A stretch of 64,000 bases of DNA. Origin: an uncultured Chthonomonadaceae bacterium. GTDB taxonomy: Bacteria > Armatimonadota > Chthonomonadetes > Chthonomonadales > Chthonomonadaceae. Position 1 is the stretch's first letter. Every line of letters begins with the position of its first letter. Below are positions 9,906 to 18,698 of the stretch, in pieces. The stretch covers positions 288,001 to 352,000 of the forward strand of contig CAWFQB010000011.1 of the NCBI GenBank assembly GCA_963817895.1. The letters run 5' to 3'. The notes beneath the pieces were generated by a model. The model did not search any database and was not told the DNA's origin. It worked only from the letters and a program-made list of their open reading frames with translations. Both the position numbers and the translations under genes were made by a program.

Positions 9906-10007
9906 GAGCCTATCCCAATAGGCCGGGTACAGAGAACGTACCCGTCTGAGTGGCCTACGGCCAAGCGTCCTTCGGACGCAAATGCAATCGCCTGTTGGGA
10001 TAGGCTC
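9906..10007. mobile_element. MITE with IS5 (IS1031-group)-like ends
   Basis: Terminal inverted repeats gagcctatcccaa(t/c)aggc with one mismatch, flanked on both sides by TTA (9903-9905, 10008-10010); no ORF. Confidence 0.75.
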
Positions 10008-10037
10008 TTAGATGTAAAACGCGCCCGACACCCGCAT

Positions 10038-11090
10038 CTAATTGGTGGGAACCTGGCTCTGGTCCGGGTAAACCTTGCCATCCAGGTAGTTGGCCGCAAC
10101 GCCGAAGGGATACCACTGGTTCATGCCGCCCGCGCCCTGATGCTTCACCTTGTCGTAAAAATCCACGCCTGTCGGATGGTTGGCGCTGCCGGAAGCCTCG
10201 GTCAGCTTGACATCATAGCCGGTATATGTCTGGCTCGGAATATGCCACTTGACGTGCGTATCGCAATACAGGAAGTTGGAGCCGCCGCCGTGATAGTCCT
10301 GCGGAGCCTGGTACGGCACATTGTCGGTGGAGTATGTGGCCGGGGGTGTGCCGCCCGGAATTCCGCCCGCCTGCACCGCGCCCGCCGCGCCGCAACAAGT
10401 CTGGTTGAAGGGTGTTCCGTAGCGGTTTACAATGGCGTCATACGCGCTGTTCGGGTCTTTGTCCATCTCCTGCGCCGCTTCGTAAAGCAGAATCAGGTTG
10501 GTTGCCTGCGCGGTCAGGTCCGGGTTGAATGGCGAGTAGTTGCCCGGATCGGAGGCGCAGCCTTTCGCTATGCCGCAGTCCGTTGATTTCTGGTAGGGAC
10601 TGTTCAAGGGGCCAAGCCAGCCGACTTGAAGATACTGATTCATCACGTAGTTCTGGCCGGGGGGCTGCGAGCCGAACCCGGCGACATTACTGCGGCGAGT
10701 AGCGGCATCGGGGCAGGCCCAGACATTGGAAGAGCCGCCGTTACCCCGCTGCTTGACGTAGGGGCCGATACCGCCCGCGTCCACATACGAGCCGCCGTTG
10801 TAGTAGCCGATTACCCACGTCGGGCTGTAGTTCGACGGCCCGGTGTAGGTTGTATTGGTAATGGGCATGGGGTAGCCGCCGTCGTAGTCCTGCGCATACA
10901 GCGTGAAGGCGGTTCCCATCTGCTTGAAGTTGGATTGGCAGCTTGCCTGCCGCGCTTTTTCCCGCGCCTGCGCAAACACGGGAAAGAGTATCGCGGCTAA
11001 AATCGCGATGATAGCGATAACGACGAGCAGTTCGATAAGCGTAAACGCGCTTCGGCCTGCGCCTGCTGATTTTTGAATGCTTCTGGACAT
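10038..11090 (-). CDS. DUF1559 prepilin-type N-terminal cleavage/methylation protein
   Basis: [38 protein letters not shown]-terminal [13 protein letters not shown]. Confidence 0.93.
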   Translation of the reverse strand: MSRSIQKSAGAGRSAFTLIELLVVIAIIAILAAILFPVFAQAREKARQASCQSNFKQMGTAFTLYAQDYDGGYPMPITNTTYTGPSNYSPTWVIGYYNGGSYVDAGGIGPYVKQRGNGGSSNVWACPDAATRRSNVAGFGSQPPGQNYVMNQYLQVGWLGPLNSPYQKSTDCGIAKGCASDPGNYSPFNPDLTAQATNLILLYEAAQEMDKDPNSAYDAIVNRYGTPFNQTCCGAAGAVQAGGIPGGTPPATYSTDNVPYQAPQDYHGGGSNFLYCDTHVKWHIPSQTYTGYDVKLTEASGSANHPTGVDFYDKVKHQGAGGMNQWYPFGVAANYLDGKVYPDQSQVPTN

Positions 11091-11189
11091 TTCAACTCCT
11101 TTTGCTTCTATGCCCTTACTGAAAATTGCGTAAATCCGCGAATGTCAGCCGCCAAATCGTACTGCGCGGCTTCGTTCGTCAGACGTATC

Positions 11190-11245
11190 AGTATGCTGGA
11201 TTTGTTGTTAAGGAGTCTTTAAGGTAAGGTTAAATGTTGATTAAG
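11190..11245 (-). promoter_or_regulatory. Four 11-bp-period direct repeats plus a -10 box (OmpR/PhoB-type site)
   Basis: Minus strand reads cttaat-caaca-tttaac-cttac-cttaaa-gactc-cttaaca, then 10 nt, then CATACT. Confidence 0.6.
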
Positions 11246-11352
11246 AAGAAGAATGTTATAAGGCGCATGTAAAATGGCAATACGTATACAACATGTTGCG
11301 TCCAAACAAACATTCATTTGAGCAACAGCGCGGTAAAGGCAAAAACTAAAAA

Positions 11353-11400
11353 GCCCCTCTCCTGGCGCGTTGCGCGGCAAGGAGAGGGGCTGGGGTGAGG
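11353..11400. repeat. REP-like hairpin (CCTCACCCCAGCCCCTCTCC...GGAGAGGGGC on the minus strand)
   Basis: gcccctctcct...aggagaggggc stem just downstream of a DUF1559 gene; followed by Ts on the minus strand, so it may also act as a terminator. Confidence 0.6.
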
Positions 11401-11408
11401 TCAAGCGA

Positions 11409-12242
11409 TTACGGGCAGGTATCGTCCTGAATGGACCACTCGCAGGCAGTGGTTGAGCCATACTTGCGGTATTTGGCATGTCCGTCACCGAACAGGGCTT
11501 CAAATCCCCCGTTATGGCGGTACGCCACTTTGGAGGCGGTATCCGTTTTGAAATGGTCGGTGCGATCCTCGGATTGAATTCCCCGGATGCTGTTGCCCTG
11601 CACGGTTGGGTCGTTCGGCGGCGCGGTTCCCGTCATGGTTTCACAAATATGAATTGTGCCTGCCGGGTCTTGAATTTGCGCCTCGATGACAGATGCGGTC
11701 GTTCCCGTTGTCACGAACCCACTTTTTTCATTGAGAGCGGTTTTGAAATTCGGAGTAAACCAGGCTGCTGTTGTGTTGGGAATCAGGTTACGCCCGTAGG
11801 ACAGCGCGTTCACCAGAAAGGGCTGCAAATTCGTGCCATCCCCGGCGGTCAGGATACCGAAGGATATGTCCGTCCGCGTTTGTCCCGTATACTGCTTGGT
11901 TGAGGGTACGATGTAAGTGGTATCCACGCCAAAGGTGTCTTTTTTCACCGTGTCCGGGCAGACGAACACCTGCTCGTTCTTGATGTAGGGCTGAATCATG
12001 GTGGGCCAGGAGACGATTTGCGTGCCGGTTCCCAACTGCGAGGGCGGGTACTGGCTGTCATAATCCGACTGGTACATAATCAGCGCTTTGCCGATCTGGT
12101 TCAGGTTGCTGATACAGGCGGTCTGGCGGGCTTTTTCGCGCGCCTGCGCGAAAACAGGAAAGAGGATGGCGGCGAGAATCGCGATAATGGCTATGACAAC
12201 GAGCAATTCAATCAGGGTGAAAGCGTTTTGCTTTCGGAGCAT
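11409..12242 (-). CDS. DUF1559 prepilin-type protein
   Basis: [16 protein letters not shown]...; [16 protein letters not shown]; start reassigned to ATG 12242 behind an AGGAG RBS. Confidence 0.93.
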   Translation of the reverse strand: MLRKQNAFTLIELLVVIAIIAILAAILFPVFAQAREKARQTACISNLNQIGKALIMYQSDYDSQYPPSQLGTGTQIVSWPTMIQPYIKNEQVFVCPDTVKKDTFGVDTTYIVPSTKQYTGQTRTDISFGILTAGDGTNLQPFLVNALSYGRNLIPNTTAAWFTPNFKTALNEKSGFVTTGTTASVIEAQIQDPAGTIHICETMTGTAPPNDPTVQGNSIRGIQSEDRTDHFKTDTASKVAYRHNGGFEALFGDGHAKYRKYGSTTACEWSIQDDTCP

Positions 12243-12328
12243 GGTTATTCTCCTGACATGCGAAAACAGAGATAATGGCAGACAACCATTAGAGATTGTC
12301 CTGAATTCAGGTAACACATATTCAATAT

Positions 12329-12358
12329 TAAGGAGAGACACGAAAGTATCTCTCCTTA
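12329..12358 (-). terminator. Stem-loop downstream of a DUF1559 gene
   Basis: taaggagagacac-gaaa-gtatctctcctta hairpin. Confidence 0.5.
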
Positions 12359-12411
12359 CGTTTTTCAAAGCAACATTTCAATTGGGCGTGAACCCTGCCG
12401 CGTCAACATGC

Positions 12412-13302
12412 TTACGGACAGGAGACGCCTGCGACGCGGCAGTGATTCACAAGGAACTCGCCCGGATCGTTGGCGGTCGGCGCCCAGCCATGCTTTTGCG
12501 GCTTACGCGATTTCACGTGGCCGTCACAGTACAGGTAATTGGACTGAGTGGTGTGCCACCCCATTACGCCATGCTGATCGCATGCGTAACCGGTAAGTTC
12601 CGTCTTGCATTGGGCGTCCGTATCAAACCAACCTCCTACGGACTCCCAGGTTCCCGCACGTCCGGTGCTGCCGTTATAGGCATCCGTGCTGGATTCGGGA
12701 ATGCCTTCGAAGATAAGGTCTGTGGCGGCAGGAAAGTTGATACCGGCCTGCGAAATGCCACCCGGCAGATAGTTGAGCGTCTGGTAGCCTTTTGGCGCAA
12801 TCGCGTAGTTGTAGTTATCAACGTCATCAACCGTGACGCCTTTTGTGGTTATTCCCGGCGAACGCAGCAAGCCATTCATGGCGTAACTGCGTGGGAAGTT
12901 CAGGTAGTAGTTATTTGTGCCCGGAACCGGCGCTGTGCCCATAGGCTTCAAGGGATTATCAGGGCAGTTGAATACCTGTGACAATGACTTGCCCCGGTTT
13001 TTAAGATAGGGATCGAGAACTACGCTGACGCCATAATTGTCAAGATAGTCCCAAGAGGCTGATGAACCGGCGATACCGCCCGGCGTGGGAAACAGCTCAT
13101 CGTAATCCTGAGAGTACATTAAAAATGCGGTACCCAACTGCTTCAGGTTGGATTGGCAGCTTGACTGCCTGGCTTTTTCGCGGGCCTGCGCGAAGACGGG
13201 GAAAAGGATGGCGGCGAGAATCGCGATAATGGCGATGACGACGAGCAATTCGATCAGGGTGAAACCACTGCGTTGCGGGAAACGTCGGTTTCTCAGGGTC
13301 AT
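12412..13302 (-). CDS. DUF1559 prepilin-type protein
   Basis: [50 protein letters not shown]. Confidence 0.93.
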   Translation of the reverse strand: MTLRNRRFPQRSGFTLIELLVVIAIIAILAAILFPVFAQAREKARQSSCQSNLKQLGTAFLMYSQDYDELFPTPGGIAGSSASWDYLDNYGVSVVLDPYLKNRGKSLSQVFNCPDNPLKPMGTAPVPGTNNYYLNFPRSYAMNGLLRSPGITTKGVTVDDVDNYNYAIAPKGYQTLNYLPGGISQAGINFPAATDLIFEGIPESSTDAYNGSTGRAGTWESVGGWFDTDAQCKTELTGYACDQHGVMGWHTTQSNYLYCDGHVKSRKPQKHGWAPTANDPGEFLVNHCRVAGVSCP

Positions 13303-13412
13303 GCGTTCGGCTCCTTCTTAACTCGCAGAACATAATGGATGATTTCTGTGGCGGTCGTTGCCGCGAAGCAGTCTTCCGTTGGTTTGGAGGCTGCCGCCTA
13401 CTTAACACTCTT

Positions 13413-13446
13413 ATTGTACCCGCTGCATTGTTAAGAATATGTTAAG
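13413..13446 (-). promoter_or_regulatory. Two 11-bp-period CTTAACA repeats plus a -10 box
   Basis: Minus strand reads cttaaca-tatt-cttaaca, then 10 nt, then TACAAT. Confidence 0.6.
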
Positions 13447-13509
13447 AAACGCGAGATTAGTGCTGGATTCGCGCGTTTCTAAAATGGTTTTGCGAGATTC
13501 ACGCCAAGT

Positions 13510-13527
13510 TTGTGAGTTTTTGCGCAA
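13510..13527. promoter_or_regulatory. Candidate Rex operator
   Basis: TTGTGAG-tttt-TGCGCAA matches 11 of 14 positions of TTGTGAA-N4-TTCACAA, upstream of rex. Confidence 0.45.
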
Positions 13528-13541
13528 ACGTGTTGCGCGTC

Positions 13542-13570
13542 TTGACGCGCTTTACGCCGACTGGTATACT
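13542..13570 (+). promoter_or_regulatory. Sigma70-type promoter of the rex-hem operon
   Basis: TTGACG-17 nt-TATACT with an extended -10 TG. Confidence 0.7.
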
Positions 13571-13704
13571 GAAATGTCTGCTGTCATGCAAATTGTGGCT
13601 AATTTTCGGATGAGCGTTGCAACGCGCTTGCAGACGCCCTGTTGTTTTCAGGCTCGATTGCCTGTTGTTGCCTGTCCCATTCTTTTGCGCAGTGAGGTGC
13701 ATCC

Positions 13705-14496
13705 TTGTCTCAAGAGGCCAATGGAAAGCGTTCGTCTCCGCCCCCGATACCCACCGTGGAGCGGTTGGCGACGTATCTGCGATTTCTTATTGATCTGGAA
13801 CAGTCCCATGTAGACACGATTTCGTCTGCGGAAGTGGAGCATCAGACCGGCATCAACGCCGCTCAATTTCGCAAAGACCTCTCTTACCTCGGACACACGG
13901 GCAAACCGGGCGTCGGCTACAACGTGCAGGATTTGCAGTCGCGCATCACGCGCATTTTACAGATTGATAAGGAGCAGCGGGTGATTCTGGTTGGCGCGGG
14001 AAATCTCGGTTCCGCGCTTGTCGGCTATCCCGGCTTGCAGGAACACCGTTTCAATCTGGTCGCCGTGTTCGACAACAATTTCGGCAAAATCGGCAGGCCC
14101 ATGTGGAACCTGCAAATCATGGACGTGGAGCGTTTGCAGGAGGCCAATCAACTGCTGGGCGCGCGTATTGCTATCCTTGCCGTTCCCGCGCCCGCCGCGC
14201 AAAAAGTGGCCGACCAGATGGTGGAAGCGGGCATACGCGCCATTCTGAATTTCGCGCCCCTTTTGCTGCGCGTTCCCAACGACGTGTTTGTCCGCAATGT
14301 CTCATTTTTGCAGGAGTTGGCCGTGCTGTCCTACCATCTTTCCAGTGACCTGCTGCCCAATCTGCCGCACCTGCTGGACGCGGGCGGCGACAGCTTCACC
14401 ATGCCGAAAGACCTCTCTTCACCTGACAATAACGGTCATCAGACCGACAGTTCTCCCGATGTTCTTTTAAGTGTTGAGAGTACGGACGCGGCCTAG
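13705..14496 (+). CDS. rex: Redox-sensing transcriptional repressor Rex
   Basis: IPTVERLATYLR, ISSAE, QFRKDLSYLG..G.PGVGY, VGAGNLG and ILNFAP motifs. Confidence 0.95.
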   Translation: MSQEANGKRSSPPPIPTVERLATYLRFLIDLEQSHVDTISSAEVEHQTGINAAQFRKDLSYLGHTGKPGVGYNVQDLQSRITRILQIDKEQRVILVGAGNLGSALVGYPGLQEHRFNLVAVFDNNFGKIGRPMWNLQIMDVERLQEANQLLGARIAILAVPAPAAQKVADQMVEAGIRAILNFAPLLLRVPNDVFVRNVSFLQELAVLSYHLSSDLLPNLPHLLDAGGDSFTMPKDLSSPDNNGHQTDSSPDVLLSVESTDAA

Positions 14497-14582
14497 CCGC
14501 TATTGAACGGGTTCCCTGTTGAGGCCAGTGTCGCAACGGACACTCGCGTAACCTATTTACCTAACAACCTAACAACCTTATC

Positions 14583-15239
14583 ATGTCCTTATTGTTTCCC
14601 ATTTACGCCGATGTTGTCGGCAAGCGGTGCGTGGTTGTAGGTGGCGGCAGGGTGGCCGAGCGCAAAGTGGCGGATTTGCTGGCGGCGAACGCGCAGGTAT
14701 GCGTTGTCAGCCCCGAAGTGACGCCCACGCTCACGCGGCAGGCGGCAGACGGCGCAATCGAATGGCTTGCCGCGCCCTATACGCCCGAACACCTGGAGGG
14801 CGCGTGGCTTGTTTTCGCGGCGACCAATATCCGCGCCGTGAATGCGCAGGTGTCACAGGACGCGATGGCCCGCCGTTGTTTTGTCAATGTCGCCGACGCG
14901 CCCGAAGACAGCGGTTTTCTCGTGCCGTCCGTCGTACGGCGCGGCGATTTATGTCTGAGCGTATCCACCGGCGGCAACAATCCGATTCTGTCCCGCAAAC
15001 TGTCGCAGGAACTGCAGGCGCGATATGGCCCGGAATATGGCCTGCTCGTGGAACTTTTGGGGCAGATGCGTGTCTATGTAAAGACAGGGACGACGGATAT
15101 GGAGCAGCGCCGTTTTGCCCTGTCCCAATTGGTGGAGCGCGAGGCCGAACTGCGCGCGCTGCTGAAAGCGGGTAATGCAGACGGGGCGCGCGAACTTGCA
15201 GAGAGTATTGTCCATGCGGTTTTTGCCGATAAATTTTAG
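14583..15239 (+). CDS. Precorrin-2 dehydrogenase/sirohydrochlorin ferrochelatase (SirC/Met8/CysG-B type)
   Basis: VVGGGRVAERK, VNVADAP and F.VPSVVRRG.L..SVSTGG motifs. Confidence 0.92.
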   Translation: MSLLFPIYADVVGKRCVVVGGGRVAERKVADLLAANAQVCVVSPEVTPTLTRQAADGAIEWLAAPYTPEHLEGAWLVFAATNIRAVNAQVSQDAMARRCFVNVADAPEDSGFLVPSVVRRGDLCLSVSTGGNNPILSRKLSQELQARYGPEYGLLVELLGQMRVYVKTGTTDMEQRRFALSQLVEREAELRALLKAGNADGARELAESIVHAVFADKF

Positions 15240-15257
15240 GATTGTGGAGTAAGCAGT

Positions 15258-16694
15258 TTGCATTTAGTTCTGGTTGGAATCAGTCACCACGAAGCGCCGA
15301 TTGAGCTGCGGGAACGCCTGAATTGCGCCCCGCATACTCTCCATGACGCGCTGGCGCATTTGTCCGCCTGCCCCGGCGTCACAGAGGGCGTGATTCTTTC
15401 CACCTGCAACCGCATGGAGGTATACGCTGCGGTTCACGGTTCCAGTGTGGAAGAGGCTTACCGCGCCCTGACCCATCACCTTGCCCGCTTCCACCAGATT
15501 CCCGAAGCCGCGTTTGCCGCTCGCCTGTACTGCAAATCCGAAGCGGAAGCGGGCGCGCATCTGCTGCGGGTCGCGGGCGGGCTGGATTCCCTTGTCCTGG
15601 GCGAACCACAGATATTGGGGCAGGTGAAAGCCGCCCTGAAATCCGCGCAAACCGCGCAATCCAGCGGGCCGCTTGTTTCCAAACTGTTCACCTTTGCGCT
15701 TGAAGTGGGAAAACGGATACGGACGGAAACCGGCATCGGCAAAGGCGGATTTTCCATCGGCCACGCGGCAGTGGGACTGGCGCAGCGCATTTTAGACGAT
15801 TTCTCGCGCGCTCGCGTATTGATTCTGGGCGCGGGCAAAATGAGCGAAGTGACTGCCGCGCATTTGAAACGCAGCGGCGTCCAGTTTGTCGTTGTCGCCA
15901 ATCGCACGTATGACAAAGCCGTCACCCTTGCGCAGCGGTTGGGCGGGCAGGCCATTCAGTACGACCAGTTTCTGGACGAAATGGTTCGGGCGGATATTGT
16001 GATCGCTTCCACCGCCGCGCCTCACCCCATTCTGCGCCGCGAAATGCTTGCGCCCGTGATGAAAAAACGCCGGGGCAAACCGCTGTTTCTGATTGACATA
16101 GCCCTGCCCCGCGACATTGACCCCGATGTGAACGGGCTGGAAAACGTTTATCTGCGCAACATTGACGACCTACAGGAGTACATGGCGCAGGATACCCGCG
16201 CCCGCTCGTCCGAAGTGGCGGCAGCCGAACAGATTATCACTGCGGAAATCGCCGCGTTCATGTCGTGGCTGCGGCAGCGCGAAGCGGTTCCCGTGATTGC
16301 CCGTCTGCGCTCCCATCTGGAAGACATGACGCAGGAACGCTTAAATATTCTGCGTTCGCGTCTTGGCGACATAAATCCGCGCGACTGGCAAATCATCGAA
16401 ACCCAGATGCGCGCCCTGATGGATCAAGTCGCCCTCGAACCCACCCGCCGCCTGAAACGCGCCATGCAGGAAGCCAACGCGGAAACCGGCGCATCCCCAC
16501 AGTACGACCTTCTGGAAGCCACGACGGAGTTGTTCGGACTCGAGGAAAGAAAAGGAGAAAAGGAGAAAAGGAGAAAAGGAGAAGAGGAGGGAGAAGAAGC
16601 CGAACTCCCAACACCCAACACCCAACACCCAACACCGGATTCATCCTTCATCCTTCATCCTTCATCCTTTGCCACTGCGGAGGCGCTGCCATGA
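15258..16694 (+). CDS. hemA: Glutamyl-tRNA reductase
   Basis: LSTCNRME, GLDSLVLGEPQILGQVK, LGAGKM and DIALPRDI motifs; repeat-encoded C-terminal tail. Confidence 0.97.
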   Translation: MHLVLVGISHHEAPIELRERLNCAPHTLHDALAHLSACPGVTEGVILSTCNRMEVYAAVHGSSVEEAYRALTHHLARFHQIPEAAFAARLYCKSEAEAGAHLLRVAGGLDSLVLGEPQILGQVKAALKSAQTAQSSGPLVSKLFTFALEVGKRIRTETGIGKGGFSIGHAAVGLAQRILDDFSRARVLILGAGKMSEVTAAHLKRSGVQFVVVANRTYDKAVTLAQRLGGQAIQYDQFLDEMVRADIVIASTAAPHPILRREMLAPVMKKRRGKPLFLIDIALPRDIDPDVNGLENVYLRNIDDLQEYMAQDTRARSSEVAAAEQIITAEIAAFMSWLRQREAVPVIARLRSHLEDMTQERLNILRSRLGDINPRDWQIIETQMRALMDQVALEPTRRLKRAMQEANAETGASPQYDLLEATTELFGLEERKGEKEKRRKGEEEGEEAELPTPNTQHPTPDSSFILHPSSFATAEALP

Positions 16695-17548
16695 CCTTTG
16701 CTTTCTGGAACGCGATTGCGTTCGCGCTTTATTTAGCCGCTGCCGCTTGCAGCGGGGCAGTGTTGTTCCTGCGCGCGCCTGCCGCGCCCCTGTTGGCGCA
16801 GGCAAATTCCGGCAGCCCGCGCGCCGAGCGTTGGAGCCGTCCTTTACTGGGGTTGGGATTACTGGCGCAGTTTGTTGCCATCGGTCTTTGGTGCGTATCC
16901 ACACGCCATTCCCCGTTCGCAAGCACGTATGGAACAATGGCGGTGCTGGCATGGATTATCGCCCTCGCGTATCTTGCCGTAGATTGGCGCAGTCGGCTTC
17001 CCGCGGTTGGGGCGATTGCTCTGCTCGTCGCCTGCGTCGTTTTATTCTGGGGCAGCCTGCACGCGCACAACGATTTAGCCAACGCCGCCTACATCAATAA
17101 CCAGATGGTCAGCCTGCATGTGCTGGCGATACTGGCGAGTTTTGCCCTGTTCGCGCTGGCGTTCGGCTGCGCCATCCTGTATCTTGTGCAAAATAGATTG
17201 CTCAAAGCGCCCCACGTTCCCGAAACCCTGCGCCGCCTGCCGCCGCTTGCCACGCTGGACGGGGTTGCCTATCACAGCGTCGCGTTCGCCCTGCCCCTGC
17301 TCACGCTCGGCCTGACGTTGGGGATCGTTTTCATCTATAGCGGCGTTCGCCCACACTCACCCGCGAACTGGTTTGCCGACCCGACAACCCTGCTTTCCTT
17401 TGTCGCGTGGGGATTATACGTGGTTTATCTCGCCGCCCGTCTGGGATTGGGCTGGCGCGGCGTCCGCCTGCAATACATTCTGCTGGCCGGACTGGTGCTT
17501 GCCCTCGCCGTGTACGCCCTGCCGTCTACGCTGCACCATTTTGGGTAG
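16691..17548 (+). CDS. Cytochrome c assembly family protein (HemX/CcsA-like)
   Basis: Multi-TM; SLHV, YLVQNRLLK, LPPLATLD and WFADP motifs. True start is ATG 16691, overlapping the hemA stop. Confidence 0.88.
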   Translation: MTFAFWNAIAFALYLAAAACSGAVLFLRAPAAPLLAQANSGSPRAERWSRPLLGLGLLAQFVAIGLWCVSTRHSPFASTYGTMAVLAWIIALAYLAVDWRSRLPAVGAIALLVACVVLFWGSLHAHNDLANAAYINNQMVSLHVLAILASFALFALAFGCAILYLVQNRLLKAPHVPETLRRLPPLATLDGVAYHSVAFALPLLTLGLTLGIVFIYSGVRPHSPANWFADPTTLLSFVAWGLYVVYLAARLGLGWRGVRLQYILLAGLVLALAVYALPSTLHHFG

Positions 17549-17693
17549 GTTGTTAGTTGTTAGGTTGTTAGGTCTTTGAGGTACTGATAACCTGTGGCCT
17601 GATTGACAACGCTCTCCATTTGCTTGTACACTACAATGATTGAAATACCAACTTTCCTATTGTAACCAATCCAACCACCTAACAACTAACAAC
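17546..17693. repeat. Inverted (TAGGTTGT)n/(ACAACCTA)n pair enclosing a putative promoter
   Basis: Left arm starts at the TAG stop. TTGACA (17603) and TACACT/TACAAT lie in the spacer; the right arm is at ~17672-17693. Confidence 0.7.
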
Positions 17694-17706
17694 TCAGTCG
17701 AAAGCG

Positions 17707-18600
17707 ATGCCCATGAAACTGTGCGCCATTACCGATGAAATATCACAGGAGTTTGAACACGCGCTGGACGTGTTGCTGGAATATGGCGCGACCGGGGCGG
17801 AACTGCGCGGGCTATGGGGAACCAATATTGCCGACCTGAGCGAAGAGCAGGCGCAAAAAGCCAAAAACGCCTTGCAGGAGCGCGGACTCGCGGTTCCCTG
17901 CCTGTCCACGCCGTTCTACAAGTGCGACCTGAACATACAGACCCCAAATCCGGGCGAGGAAGCCGGACCGATGCACCTTGCGCAGGCGCGGACGATGGAA
18001 CAGCAGGCCGAACTGCTGGAACGCTGCATCCGGCTGGCGCATTTCTTTGAGTCGCCGTTCCTGCGCGTGTTCGCCTTCTGGCGCAAGGACGTGATGACGC
18101 CCGCCATCGAGCAGCGCATCATAGACGCTTTTGAAGCGCCTGTTGAGCGGGCGTCAAAAGAGGGCGTAACCCTCGTATTGGAAAATGAACACGCCTGTTT
18201 TGTCGGTTCGGGAGCGGAGGCCGCTAAGATTTTGAGCCAGATCAACTCGCCCTGTTTGCGCGCCTGCTGGGACCCCGGCAACGCTTTTTCGCTTGGCGAA
18301 CTCCCATTTCCCGATGGCTACGAGGCCATCAAACCCTATATCGCGCATGTCCACATCAAGGACGCGCGCATGGCGCAAACACCCGATCATGGTTTACAGC
18401 CGCAATGGTGCGTGGTAGGCGAGGGTGAGATAGACTATCCGGGCCAGTTCGCCTCCCTCAAACAGGACGGCTATGACGGCTGGATTTCGCTGGAAACCCA
18501 TTACCGCCCGCCAACCGGTTCCGGTCAGGACGGCAAAGGCACGGCGGAAGAGGGTTCGCGCCCCTGCCTGGCCTACCTTAGCAGGGTTCTAGGGTTTTAG
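17707..18600 (+). CDS. Sugar phosphate isomerase/epimerase (AP-endonuclease-2 TIM barrel)
   Basis: ITDEIS, LENEH, WDPGN, HVHIKD and SLETH motifs. Confidence 0.9.
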   Translation: MPMKLCAITDEISQEFEHALDVLLEYGATGAELRGLWGTNIADLSEEQAQKAKNALQERGLAVPCLSTPFYKCDLNIQTPNPGEEAGPMHLAQARTMEQQAELLERCIRLAHFFESPFLRVFAFWRKDVMTPAIEQRIIDAFEAPVERASKEGVTLVLENEHACFVGSGAEAAKILSQINSPCLRACWDPGNAFSLGELPFPDGYEAIKPYIAHVHIKDARMAQTPDHGLQPQWCVVGEGEIDYPGQFASLKQDGYDGWISLETHYRPPTGSGQDGKGTAEEGSRPCLAYLSRVLGF

Positions 18601-18698
18601 GGTTCTATGGTTTCAGGTATGGGTTTTATGCCTGTATCTCTTTCCTAAAACCCTGAAATCTTAACACCCTGAAAACTTGTATTTTAAGGAATGAACTT

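Noticed and set aside
16265..16690. N-terminal extension of the HemX-like ORF
   Set aside because: Overlaps hemA and its repeats; ATG 16691 coupled to the hemA stop is the better start.
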